Of a DNA stretch of 64,000 nt, positions 39,647 to 52,782 are shown piece after piece (the first letter of the stretch is position 1; each line of letters begins with the position of its first letter). The stretch spans positions 7,564,001 through 7,628,000 of the forward strand of contig OZ024752.1 of assembly GCA_964016885.1 (NCBI GenBank), in the 5' to 3' direction. The notes beneath the pieces were generated by a model that worked only from the letters and a program-made list of their open reading frames with translations, was not told where the DNA came from and searched no databases. Made by a program: the position numbers and the translations under genes. Origin of the DNA: Eledone cirrhosa. Its lineage: Eukaryota.

Positions 39647-40177
39647 TTACGTATTTAAAGAGCCATTTTCAAGAGTTGTCCGTCTCCTACACCTTCTACC
39701 GGTCATCGTCTCTGATGGTTGCATTTGTGAGTTTGTTGTCTTCATAGTATTACGTTTCAGCGCGATTTTAGCTTCGGCCTCTTCAAATTTCCTGTTAGCT
39801 CTGGTTTGTGCCATGGCCCTAGCGTTCCGTATCCTCTCCTTCCTCCTGTATTCCTCGTTCTGTCTAAGTATGGACATAGAGATGGCATTCTCTTCTCGCT
39901 CTTTCCTCCTATATTCATCGTCCATTCTAGCCTGAGCTCTCGACATAGCATTCTTGGCCCTCTCTCTTAGCCTATATTCCTCGTTCATTCGGTTTCGTCT
40001 CTGGGCAGCAGCGTTTCTTTCCCTCTCTTTAGCTCGGTACTCAGGATCTTCCCTCATTCTTCTCATATTCTCAGCGGCGCGCATTTTCGCCAGTTCTTTG
40101 TTAGCAGACCTATGTCTGACCGACAGCTCGCTCGATCTAGCATGATCTTTGCGTGCTGTTGTTTTAATCCGCGGCAT
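39647..40177 (-). CDS. 176-aa basic protein with H3-tail-like N-terminus and four 21-aa EYR..ER..NA repeats (STPR-like, putative DNA-binding)
   Basis: aaaaacATG start; repeats diverged at DNA level but conserved in protein; exon bounded by acceptor ttctaacag (40279) and donor ATG|gtgagt (39642); upstream donor GAG|gtaagg (40418). Confidence 0.8.
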   Translation of the reverse strand: MPRIKTTARKDHARSSELSVRHRSANKELAKMRAAENMRRMREDPEYRAKERERNAAAQRRNRMNEEYRLRERAKNAMSRAQARMDDEYRRKEREENAISMSILRQNEEYRRKERIRNARAMAQTRANRKFEEAEAKIALKRNTMKTTNSQMQPSETMTGRRCRRRTTLENGSLNT

Positions 40178-40961
40178 GTTTTTCCCTTTCGTTTCTTTCT
40201 AAATTCTGCCTGAATCCCCAGACAAGGGTCTCTTTTAGGAGGAAAACACTTTGGAGCTTTCTGTGAGACGGTTAAAAACCTGTTAGAAGCGGATTAAATA
40301 ATAAAACAGCTCGTTTCCTTTATTACAGATCTCGCACCTCTGATAGCCATGTAGTGCCTAATGAGAAGCTGCGCAGACAGCGACCAAATTGTTCACTCAC
40401 TGCGCATCCCCCCTTACCTCGTCCTTTTACTATTAACACCATGGCTGAGTGGTCTCACACACAGCTTTTTTACCTTAATATCCCGAGTTCGAATCTTGTA
40501 AAAGCTAATTTTATTTTATAGCTTCTTTTTTTTTCGTTGTTAAGATTTAGGATTAATAATATATTCAGCGATTGAATAAATATCTCCATTAATATCCATT
40601 AATAACTACTTTCAACCAGTGCCGTTAGTTAAGGAGCTCTCAGCTAGTCCAGTTGACATCGCACGTTCGATTCTCAGTTGTAGCCAGTTTATTATAATTA
40701 TTTTATTGTATTTTTGTCATTGAAACCTCTCAGAAAGTAATTCATATTCTACAAATGTGGATGTGAATCGGATTCAAACAGAGTTTAGAGGAGTCAAATC
40801 TTCAATGACCACATTTGGAATGTTTTGTTTTGTCACCGACACATTCTGAGCTGTTATATAAAAAGAAATATAATAATACAATGCTTACAGGACGAAAACA
40901 CAAACAAATATAATATAAAGGAAAGAGAAAACAGAAAAAAGAAAGAAAGAAAAAACACAGA

Positions 40962-41672
40962 AGCAGGTAGCACAACATCTGAGACCACATACAACACACC
41001 AGCAGGTAATACATACATCTAGGACCACATACAACACACCAGCAGGTAATATATACATATAGGACCACATACAGCACACCAGCAGGTAATACACATCTAG
41101 GACCACATACAACACACCAGCAGGTAACACATACATCTAGGACCACATGCAACACACAAGCAGGTAATACACACACCTGGGACCACATACAACACACAAG
41201 CAGGTAATACACACACCTGGGACCACATACAACACACAAGCAGGTAATACACACATCTAGGACCACATGCAACACACAAGCAGGTAATACACACACCTGG
41301 GACCACATACAACACACAAGCAGGTAATACACACACCTGGGACCACATACAACACACAAGCAGGTAATACACACATCTAGGACCACATACAATACACAAG
41401 CAGGTAATACACACATCTAGGACCACATACAACACACAAGCAGGTAATACACACATCTAGGACCACATACAACACACAAGCAGGTAATACACACATCTAG
41501 GACCACATACAACACACAAGCAGGTAATACACACATCTAGGACCACATACAACACACCAGCAGGTAACACACACATCTGGGACCACATACAACACACCAG
41601 CAGATAACAAACACACCTGGGACCACATACAACACACCGGCAGGTAACACACACATCTAGGACATCATACAA
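40962..41672. repeat. 40-bp minisatellite, ~18 copies, same family as 33143-33732
   Basis: Same unit and homologous flanks. Confidence 0.95.
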
Positions 41673-43261
41673 CAAAAGGCAGGCAAAAGGGGTGGACAAC
41701 CAAGCCATTACCACAGTAAGAGATAACAGTATCGTAAGGAGCACTGAGAAACCTCTCTAATGATTTTTGAGGCAAGCCAACACACTTGCAGCTTTACCTC
41801 GGGTAATGGCAAGGCCAAGGTGCTGGAACAACCAAGCACCCTCACGAGCCTCACCAGTTACCTCGGGTGATGGCGAGGCTGAGGTGCTGTAACAACTAAA
41901 CCCCATCATGAGTTTCACCAGTTACCTCTATTAGTCGAGCCGCCAGTGATGATAGGAATCTTGCAGTAAGTAGCCCGATCCCCTAAACATCTCAAATGCC
42001 AGAGGCTGGAAAATTATTTAAAAAAATAATCCTGAGCATTGATGAGAAATAGAAACTAATGAAAGGGATGCAAAGGACGTTAGTGTTGTTTGCAGACAAT
42101 AAAGACATAAATACTGGCTGTGTGTCTCATAACATAAACCTTGATCGCTCTTGACAGCATTGTGTGCTTCATAACATAAACAGGAAGGCATGTAGCCTAG
42201 TGGTAAGGGTGTTGGACTTATGATCACAATGTCGTGGGTTCAATTCCTGGGCTGGTTTGTGTGTTGTGATCTTGAATAAAACACTTCATTTCATGTTATT
42301 CAAGTTCACTCAGCTGAAGATGAGTACCAGCAATAGCTGGAGGTTTAACCCTGTGATGGACTGGTGTTCTGTCCAGGGGGTAGTCTTGTACTCTGTCACT
42401 TCACACCACAGAAGCCGACACAAGCACTGGTCTGATGAGCTTCTGGTCTTGAGACAGACTTCAGACTTTAGACAACATAAATAGTCCTTGATATGATTTT
42501 GACAAGGAGAAGCAAACCTAGAAGGGGATAAATTGTCATCTGGTGGTGGTGGTGGGGGCGGTGTTGTTGGTGGTGGTAGGGGTATTGATGTTGGTGGCAG
42601 TGGTGGTGGTGATGGTGGTGATGGTTGGAGTGCAATCCTGTCTGAAATAGGGACCAGTTGTCCCATACAAGTGGGGAAAATGGTCATTAAATGACGATGA
42701 TGATGATATCCACAAGGACACACACACACACACACAGACACACACACACATACACATTCACACACACGCACACAGATTCACTGAGACACACACACACACA
42801 TTCACTGAGACACACACACAGATTCACTGACACACACAGACACATATATATATACAAGGACACACACACACATAAAGACACACACATATATACAAGGACA
42901 CACACACATTCCTGTAATATTTCAAATTAGAATAAATTTATTAAATATATTTTTTTATAATTTGTTTCTAACCAACTTTTGTTGTAATTATGACACCAAG
43001 TTATCTCCCCTTGTACGTGGATTTTTGTTTTGTTGCCATCTGATCTGAGGGAAGGTAATGTGTTTACTTCCAGGTAAACTCACACACATATACACTCACA
43101 TACACACACACACTAACACACAAATACACACACTCACTCACACACACACACATTCTCACTCTCACACACACACACATTCTCACTCTCTCACACACACTCC
43201 CACCACATACTCCCCCCCTCCATACACACACACACTCTCACTCCCCTCCCACACTCACTCT

Positions 43262-44647
43262 CACACCCTACCACGTCTTCCTTCAACTGGCATTTCCTGG
43301 CACTTCTTCACCCATCGGTCATCCTCCATGTGCATCACACTACATTCTATCCCTCTCAGACACAGTTTCTCTCTCAACACATTCATGCTAGGTCGTTCAC
43401 GCACATTTACACTGCACATCCAACGGAGCATGCTTGCCTCATTTCTCTCCAGCCGTCGCATATCCTCTGCAGTTGCTGCCCATGTCTCACTACCATGCAG
43501 CATCGCGCATCTCACACAGGCATCATATAACCGGCCTTTCGTACGCAGGGAGAAATCTTTCTTCGTCAGCAGAGGAAGCAGCTCCCTAAACTTCTTCCAA
43601 CCCGTCCTTATTCTAGATACTATGACCTCGGAATACCCCCCCCCCCCTCCCATGCTAATCTGATCACCTAGGTACCGGAAGCTATCCACCACTTCTATAG
43701 CACCCACCTGCATTTGAAAAGTGTGTCTATCAATGCGACTTCTACTGTCAAATTTCCCTGTACATCTACTGCATACGTATTTCTCCCTACCTGTTAGTTT
43801 GCCTGCTATCCCGCTACATCTCTTGTGTACCCAAGATCTGCATTGTGTACATTTTATAGAATTTATGCCAGTTCCTTTTCTGCATATCGAACATGGCCAT
43901 TTCCCTGACGGAATCAGGGTTTTGTCCTCTTTTCTACTCATTAACACTTTTGTCTTAGCTAGGTTCACTCTCAGTCCTCTTGATTCCAACTGCTGTTTCC
44001 ATAGCCAGAATTTATTCTCTAGTTCCTCTACTGATTCTGCTATAAGAACCAGACCGTCAGCATAGAGAAGTTCCCATGGACAGCCAGTCTTAAACTCCTC
44101 TGTTATGGCTTGGAGGACTATAATGAACAAGAACGGGCTGAGGACCGAACCCTGATGTACTCCTACTTGTATCTGGAATTCCTCACTAAACTCCATTCCT
44201 ACCCTCACTTTACTACAGCACCTCTGTACAAAGTTTGCACTGTCCTCACAAGCCATTCCTCAACACCTAGTTTTCTTAGGGACCACCAAAGGCCTTCTTT
44301 AGGTCAACAAAGTATAGTGGCTTATTCTTCTCTAAGAACCTCTCTTGTAATTGTCTCACCAAGAAGAGGGCATCTGTTGTACTTTTCCCAGGCACAAAAC
44401 CAAACTGCATCTTATCTAGTTTGACTCTTTCTCCAATTAGTTGCGCTAATATCCTTTCTGCCACTTTCATAACCTGATCCGTCAGTTTTATACCCCTATA
44501 ATTGCTCCTCTCCAGAGTATCCCCTTTACCTTTGTAGCAATTTATGAGAATACTGCTGCACCAGTCTTTGGGTATGACACCATATATAGCCTGATTGATG
44601 ATGCGTGCAACCAGTTTAGTGCCTACATCCTCTGCCTTCAGCATCTG
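43262..44647 (-). pseudogene. Frameshifted RTE RT
   Basis: NYRGIKLTD, FVDLKKAF, QGSVLSPFLF, YADG, PHD-like finger. Confidence 0.9.
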
Positions 44648-45002
44648 CGTCTCCAAGAGACCAGTGTCTGTCCTTAGGGCATCAACATATGTTAACCTCG
44701 GTCTTCCTCTTCCAGTATGTCCATGCAGGGGCTCCCTCACTGAGTGTCAACTCTGGATGTCGGTGAGCATGTCCAGCTAACCTCAGTCTCCTCTGTGTCA
44801 CTTTTGAGCTGACCTTTGGGAGGCTCCCGTACAGCTCTGAGTTCTTCATCCTCAGTGTATACTGATTAATGTTCAGAGCCATCCTCAGCATTTTCGTGTA
44901 GCACCCATCCACCATCTGAGTGAGTTTCTTGGTCAGTGTCCAAGTTTCAGAACAGTACAGCAGCACAGACTCCACTACAGCAACGAAGAGGCGGATCTTT
45001 AT
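44648..45002 (-). mobile_element. C-terminal fragment of a second RTE-like LINE family
   Basis: ESVLLYCSETWTLT...RRLRLAGHAHRHPEL...GRPRLTYVDAL. Confidence 0.8.
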
Positions 45003-46734
45003 GGAGAGATAGAGAGAGAAAGGAAGTGAGAAAGAGATATAGTGGAAGAAACGACCCCAGTACTAGATTGGTAATTTTTTATCGACCTTAAATGGATGAA
45101 AGGCAAAGTTGATTTTGGTAGGATTTGAACTCTGTGAGCTGGAACAATACCCCAAAACATTCTATCTGACGTTCTAACAACTCTACCAATTTACCGCCTG
45201 ATTACATATCAATAACGAAATATTGCCTACATAAACACTTAGCTTTGTCTTTCATATTAACGATATTAACGGTGTTTATAAAATAAAGTACCAGTAACGC
45301 ACTGGAGAAATTATAATCGACTTTCCCGTCCCAAATTGTTGGCTTTGTGCCTAAATCACAAACCATTGGTATAGAAAAACATCCTTCTCGATTTCAGTGA
45401 GAAATAATTTTTTACCTCCTTTTTTTCGTGTGCTATCAACTAAATCTGACCTCCAACATGCTTACAATCTGCTCCCCCCCCTCCCCCGGGGAAATGACTA
45501 GGGGGAGGGGTTACATCGGAGTTTTCTCTACCATTTATTATTTTCGGGTGTTGTCAACGAATATGACTTCCAGTCGGAAACCACTAGCTTGGTAGAGGGG
45601 TAGACCACCGGAGTTCCGTATCTATACACCTTTCGCCAGTTTGGTGACAAATAATTATTTTCCTAGGGTTTTTTCGGGTGTTATCAACTAATCTGACCCC
45701 CGAAAAAATATATCAACCTAAACTTGATAACATTTCATTTGACCCTATAAAAGAAACATGTTTCCCCACTTCCTCCAAAGTCTTTTCCACCTGGTAACTT
45801 GCTTTTATATTACAGGTAATGCCACCCGGATTCTCTCTTTCACATTCTCTCTCACTCTCTTTCACATTCTCTGTCTCTCCCTCTTTCACTCTCTTTCTCT
45901 CACTCACTCTCTTTCTCTCTCACTCCCTCTCGCACTCACTTACTCACTCTCTTTCTCTTTCTCCCTGTAATAGTGGTGGTGGTGAGGATACAACGTTATA
46001 GATAATTCTCTAGAAATGTCTAGCTCTCTGTAGTGGTGGTGGTGGTGGTACAGGTACCCCAGAACTATTTATATGCAGTAGTTCAATATTTCAGGCATAC
46101 CCAGAACTGACATTTCCTGTAGTAGTGGTGGTGGTGGTGGTGGGGTGGTATCCCCAGAACTGTAGCTGTCTGTAGTAGTAGTAGTAGTAGTAGTAGTACT
46201 GCGACCACCAGATCACACACTGTGTTTGTCTAGTAGTAGTAGTAGTGTTATTGCAATCACCAGAAGACACTCTGTGTATGTTTAGTAGTTGTAGTAGTAA
46301 AGGTACCCTCACAACTGTAACTATCTGTAGTAGTTGTAGTAGCAGTAGCAGCAGTGTTGCTAGTAGTAGTAGTAGTAGTACAGGTATCCTCACAACTGTA
46401 ACTATCTGTAGTAGTTGTAGTAGCAGTAGCAGCAGTGTTGCTAGTAGTAGTAGTAGTACAGGTATCCCCTATCTGTAGCAATTGTAGTAGTAGTAGTAGT
46501 AGTAGTAATGGTAGTATTATTACAGGTAACCCCACAACTGTAACTAACTGTAGTACTACTACTACTACTACTACTATAGGTATCCCCCTAACTGTAGCTA
46601 TCTGCTGCAATAGTAGTAGTAGTAGTAGTAACAGTAGTAGTAGTAGCATATATGTTAATGAGAGCTATATAAATGAATGTCGAACTATTTATAGTGACGG
46701 CGCTCACATAAACGACATATTTGAAACTGTGAGA

Positions 46735-46784
<50 letters not shown>

Positions 46785-46831
46785 GAGAGAGAGATATATA
46801 TATATATAGAGAGAGAGAGGGGTAGTTAGAG

Positions 46832-46869
<38 letters not shown>

Positions 46870-46881
46870 GGGTAGTTAGAG

Positions 46882-46915
<34 letters not shown>

Positions 46916-46969
46916 GGGTAGTTAGAGATATATATATATATATATAGAGAGAGAGAGGGGTAGTTAGAG

Positions 46970-47003
<34 letters not shown>

Positions 47004-48071
47004 GGGTAGTTAGAGAGAGAGAGAGTAATAGATAGATAGAGTGATAGATAGATAGTGAGAAAGATAGAGACATAAAGAAAGAGATAGATAGAGAGAGATA
47101 TAGATAGATAGAGATAGATATAGATAGATAGATAGAGAGACAGATAGATATAGATAGATAGATAGAGAGACAGATAGATATAGATAGATATATATATAGA
47201 GAGAGAGATAGAGAGATAGATAGATATATAGAGAGAGTAATGGTGGGTTTATAACCCAGATTACAGATATTTCCGAGTAATTCACTGGTTGGAATTATCT
47301 CCTGCCAACCAATAGCAAATAGCGTTAGCTTTTTACACAGTTTTATACCTTACTATATATATTTATATGTTTATGTGTGGGTGCCTAGATAAATATATAT
47401 GTAGGTACCTATTTAAATATATATAAATATATATAATATATATATATATGTGTCAGTGAATGTGGGTATATATATATATCGGTATTAATCCGACGTATTG
47501 ACTGACTGAGATATATAAACATACATTTCTAGATACATACATACATACTTATACACATTCATATATATAGATATATCTGTAGACACACACATATATATAC
47601 ATACACATGTGTATCCGTTAAGTAAGTCAGTTTGATGGTTTCACTTCCAACGGTTGAAGCATATGGCTGCCCCGTCTAGCAACAGCGACCCTCTTAGGTA
47701 TTTCAAAGCACAACTGTTGACCATTCTTCACCATCTTTCATATGTCAGAGATTTCCGTTAGAATTATGCAGACGCCAATAATTAGCAACCGAGATTATAT
47801 TAAATCACACAATCCTCCCAGAATAAGGTAAGATCATTGGAAAACCCGTCTCTCTCTCTATATATATATGTATGTGTGTGTGTATATGTATATATATATA
47901 TATAATTGTCTCTACTTTTGGCACAAGGCCAGCAATAATCCAGTGTATTACTGGTACTTTATTTTATCGACTCCGTAAGGATGAAAGGCAAAGTTAACCT
48001 CGGCGGGATTTGAACTCAGTCTGTTATATATATATAATGTATGTATGTATGTATATATATATAATATATAT

Positions 48072-48263
48072 AGGAGAAAATATGACCCCGACGGCAGAGC
48101 TCAAGCCGTTTCGACGGCTATTTCTGGTCCAGAAATAGCCGTCGAAACGGCTTGAGCTCTGCCGTCGGGGGTCATATTTTCTCCTATTACCCACTCCACT
48201 ACCCTAAGTATTGAGTACTCTGGTGCGTTATGGTCCATCTGGTTCCTTACCACATTTCCTTCG

Positions 48264-48265
<2 letters not shown>
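48072..48265 (+). mobile_element. TA-anchored fold-back element (family D)
   Basis: Palindrome gaccccgacggcagagctcaagccgtttcgacggc plus shared tail; copies at 9245-9305, 54782-54985, 56700-56875. Confidence 0.8.
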
Positions 48266-48300
<35 letters not shown>

Positions 48301-48394
48301 CTCTAGGCTTCTTATATATTTGGTATATATTTATCCTTATCGAGCCCTCTTTGGATTTTAGTCTTCTCACTATATATATATATATATATATACA

Positions 48395-48942
48395 TGTAAA
48401 GTTATATTTAAAATTGTTGGGTTACAACTAGTAAATATTTATAACTGATATAAAAGCACTCGACAAATACTTGGAGTATATTTACAATATTAAATAAATG
48501 GAAAACTATATTTATAAAACCATATTTATTTCATTATATATATTTCGGGGATATCATATTAACAATATGCTATGCCTTCATCAGACAAAATACAATATAA
48601 ACAGTTTTATAGATAAATATATTCGACATACCGTAATAAACATCAACTTCATTTGAAGAGGTTCACTCTAGCAGTGAAAATACAGAGAGAAAGAAAGAGA
48701 GAGAGAAAAGAGGGAAATAAGAAAGAAAGAAAGACGAAACGAAGAAAAGGAAGAAAAAGAAGAAAAAGAAGAAATGCATGGGACAAAATAGAGAGATGGA
48801 AAAATAGATAAAGCGAAGAGCTTCATGTAAAGAGACCGAAAGAGATATATATATATATATAGAGAGAGGAAATAGAGATAGATATATAAATATAGATATA
48901 GGTAGTGGGAGGTCATTTTGAGTAAGTGTATCAATGATGCAT

Positions 48943-48977
<35 letters not shown>

Positions 48978-49823
48978 GCTCAAGTATTAATGTAAGGGAG
49001 ATATAGAGAGATATAGAGAGATATAGAGAGAGAAAAATTTAAAAATAGCCAGACATATTCGAGGCGTAGAAAACCCTATGTTTTAATGTATTAGTATTTA
49101 TTTTTATTTTTATTTTTATTTTTATTTTTATTTTTATTTTTATTTTTATTTTTATTTTTATTTTTATTCTTTTAGTATTGTAGTATTCTATAATATTTTT
49201 ATATTTTTATTTTTTATTTTTTATTTTATTTTATTTTTATTTTTAATATTTTTATATGTAAAGTTTTAATACGTAATAATTTTAAAACATAGTATTTTTA
49301 ATATGCAATATTTTTATTATGTAATATTCTTTCGTAATATTCTTTTTTAGTTTTCTATTCTATATTTTTATATTTTTATATATTTTTACTTATTATCATT
49401 ATTATTGTTATCTCTGCTTATAATATAATATATATTTTCGATTAGTATATTGAAATCTGCTCTCTATTTCTGCTTGATAGATAATCTTGTAGAGTAATCG
49501 CAAGAATAATAATACGCTCAAATGTTTATACCACATTGAGAATGTTTTCCGGTAACTTTGAATTTGCGGAGTGAATCAGTTGGATTCACATAGACATATG
49601 AATTTTTTAAAAAACTAAACATAAGATAATGAATTTTCACGCATTGTGAATACTTGTTTCATTCAGGAATACTGATATTTACAATATAGTGTAAGTTTTA
49701 TAAATACTAATACATTAAAACATAGGGTTTTCTACGCCTCGAATATGTCTGGCTATTTTTAAATTTTTCTCTCTCTATATCTCTCTATATCTCTCTATAT
49801 CTCCCTTACATTAATACTTGAGC

Positions 49824-49858
<35 letters not shown>

Positions 49859-50333
49859 ATGCATCATTGATACACTTACTCAAAATGACCTCCCACTACC
49901 TAATTTTTCTATATCTATATTTATATATGTATCTATCTCTATTTCCTCTCTCTATATATATATATATATCTCTTTCGGTCTCTTTACATGAAGCTCTTCG
50001 CTTTATCTATTTTTCCATCTCTCTATTTTGTCCCATGCATTTCTTCTTTTTCTTCTTTTTCTTCCTTTTCTTCGTTTCGTCTTTCTTTCTTTCTTATTTC
50101 CCTCTTTTCTCTCTCTCTTTCTTTCTCTCTGTATTTTCACTGCTAGAGTGAACCTCTTCAAATGAAGTTGATGTTTATTACGGTATGTCGAATATATTTA
50201 TCTATAAAACTGTTTATATTGTATTTTGTCTGATGAAGGCATAGCATATTGTTAATATGATATCCCCGAAATATATATAATGAAATAAATATGGTTTTAT
50301 AAATATAGTTTTCCATTTATTTAATATTGTATA
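48395..50333 (-). mobile_element. Large fold-back PLE-like element (family B) with ~610-bp arms
   Basis: Arms ~48484-49097 and ~49704-50331 near-identical; HHR 48528-48591(-) and 50223-50286(+); tail 48395-48484. Confidence 0.9.
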
Positions 50334-50429
50334 TATATATATATATATATATATAGTGTGTGTGAATATGTGTGTATTTGTGCGTGTATATATATATATA
50401 TATAAATGAAAATAGAGAAATTAATTATA

Positions 50430-50745
50430 TATATACATATATAACCAAATGTTAAACATGGTTCATTGATTACTCAATGAATACAGTTTTACAATAGATT
50501 AAAAGCACTCAACAAAGAAGTTTTCTGGAGTTATTAATATTATTCAAAATATTAATAAATGGAGACATTCATAATCAAAATATGTTTTATTATATATATT
50601 TCGGAGGTACTGTGCTGTTTCCTCAGTACGTCCTCATCAGATAAAATACATAAATTGATGTATGAATACCTCAACTGTCTTGATGGTTCAATTCCAGTCT
50701 TGGCAGTGATGAATGTCTCCATTTATTAATATTTTGAATAATATA
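50430..50745 (-). mobile_element. PLE-like element (family C-related) with HHR at 50584-50647(-)
   Basis: CTGATGA-ggacgtactg...cagtacctcc-GAAATATATATA-ataaaac; short inverted arm at 50706-50745. Confidence 0.8.
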
Positions 50746-50760
50746 TATATATGTCACACA

Positions 50761-50794
<34 letters not shown>

Positions 50795-51155
50795 TACGTG
50801 TGTCTGTGTGCATATATGTCTGTGTGCATATATGTGTGTGTTTATGTATATTTATATATAGTGTGTACGTCTATATTACATGTGTATATATATATATATG
50901 TGTGTGTGTTTATGTATATTTATATATAGTGTGTGTGTATATATTACATGTGTATATATATATATATATGTGTGTGTGTTTATGTATATTTATATATATT
51001 ACATGTATATATATATGTGTGTGTGTTTATATATATTTATATATAGTGTGTGTTTATGTATATTTATATATAGTGTGTGTTTATGTATATTTATATATAG
51101 TGTGTACGTCTATATTACATGTGTGTATATATATATATATATGTGTGTGTGTTTG

Positions 51156-51188
<33 letters not shown>

Positions 51189-51226
51189 TTATGTATATTT
51201 ATATAAGTGTGTTTGTATATATTACA

Positions 51227-51257
<31 letters not shown>

Positions 51258-51650
51258 GTGTTTGTATATATTACACGTGTGTATGTATATATATATGTAT
51301 GTGTGTGTGTATATATTAGATGTGTATGTGTATATATGTATGTGTGTTGACGGAATAACACATATTCTACTGATATATATTGATTGATCGGTAATTCCTA
51401 CTCTTCTAATGACAGATTCTTTGTTACAAGTGGTGAATTTCCCTCATTTTATATACACATATCTCTATAAATAGACGTATATATACACATGTATATAATA
51501 TATATTATACATATATATACACATGTATATATATTTATATATATAGTATACATACACATATATATATAAATATACATATATATATTGTCTACATGTACAT
51601 ATATTTATATACATATATATATATATATATAGTAAACATACACATATATT

Positions 51651-51703
<53 letters not shown>

Positions 51704-51819
51704 TACATACACATATTTATATATATACATATATATAGTATACATACACATATATATTTGTATACATATATATAGTATACATACACACATATATTTATAT
51801 ATATATATATAGTATACAT

Positions 51820-51858
<39 letters not shown>

Positions 51859-51922
51859 GTATACATACACACATATTTATATACATATATATAGTATACA
51901 TACACACATATATATATATATA

Positions 51923-52358
51923 TGTAGGAGGTGAATAATATTGCAGAACAATAAAACTATGCATATATCAGATAAGTAGCACTCAACAGTTGGTAGAACT
52001 GGAGTATATATAAAGAAGAAATTAAAAGATGGTTAAAGAAGTTCCATATATTTTATTATGCGCATTTCGAAAACATCATTCTGGGACGATAGTTGTGTTC
52101 TCATCAAATAAAATAAGGTAACATGATATGTGGGTTAAAATCACTTGTGAACAGTAAAGTGCCCAGTCAACAAGTGTCCACTTTTAAGTATCCACAAGTG
52201 TCCACAAGTGTCCACTTTCCTGTTGACAAGTATTTTTAGGCCTCATATCATGTTACCTTATTTTATCTGATGAGAACACAACTATCGTCCCAGGATGATG
52301 TTGTTTTCGAAATGCGCATAATAAAATTTATGGAACTTCTTTAACCATCTTTTAATTT

Positions 52359-52365
<7 letters not shown>
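51923..52365 (-). mobile_element. Diverged family A fold-back element
   Basis: HHR 52260-52327(+) with GAAATGCGCATA; mirror copy has a TTGATGA core; tail on the left. Confidence 0.8.
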
Positions 52366-52400
<35 letters not shown>

Positions 52401-52480
52401 TACAGATGGCCTCCAAAAATAATGGTCGCATTTTAAAAGGGTACGTCAAAGCTTATTTGTAAAACTGTTATATATATTGT

Positions 52481-52543
52481 ATTTTGTCTGATGAAGGCAT
52501 ACCATAATTTAATTTGGTATCCCTGAAATATGTATAATGAAAT
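52481..52543 (+). ncRNA. Minimal hammerhead (family B)
   Basis: attttgt-CTGATGA-aggcatacca...tggtatccct-GAAATATGTATA-atgaaat. Confidence 0.8.
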
Positions 52544-52584
52544 AAATATGGTTTTATAAATATAGTTTCCATTTATTAATATCG

Positions 52585-52615
<31 letters not shown>

Positions 52616-52719
52616 ATACATACATACATATATATATATATATCTATATATATATATATATAATAGTATACATACACATGCATACATATATATATATATT
52701 TATATATATATATGTATTG

Positions 52720-52769
<50 letters not shown>

Positions 52770-52782
52770 CACACACATACAT

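Noticed and set aside
40440-40680. Two tRNA-like A/B-box stretches upstream of the repeat-protein gene
   Set aside because: No cloverleaf can be built; probably decayed SINE heads
42430-42470. CTGATGA within a SINE tail
   Set aside because: No GAAA or stem III; fits the SINE 3' stem-loop
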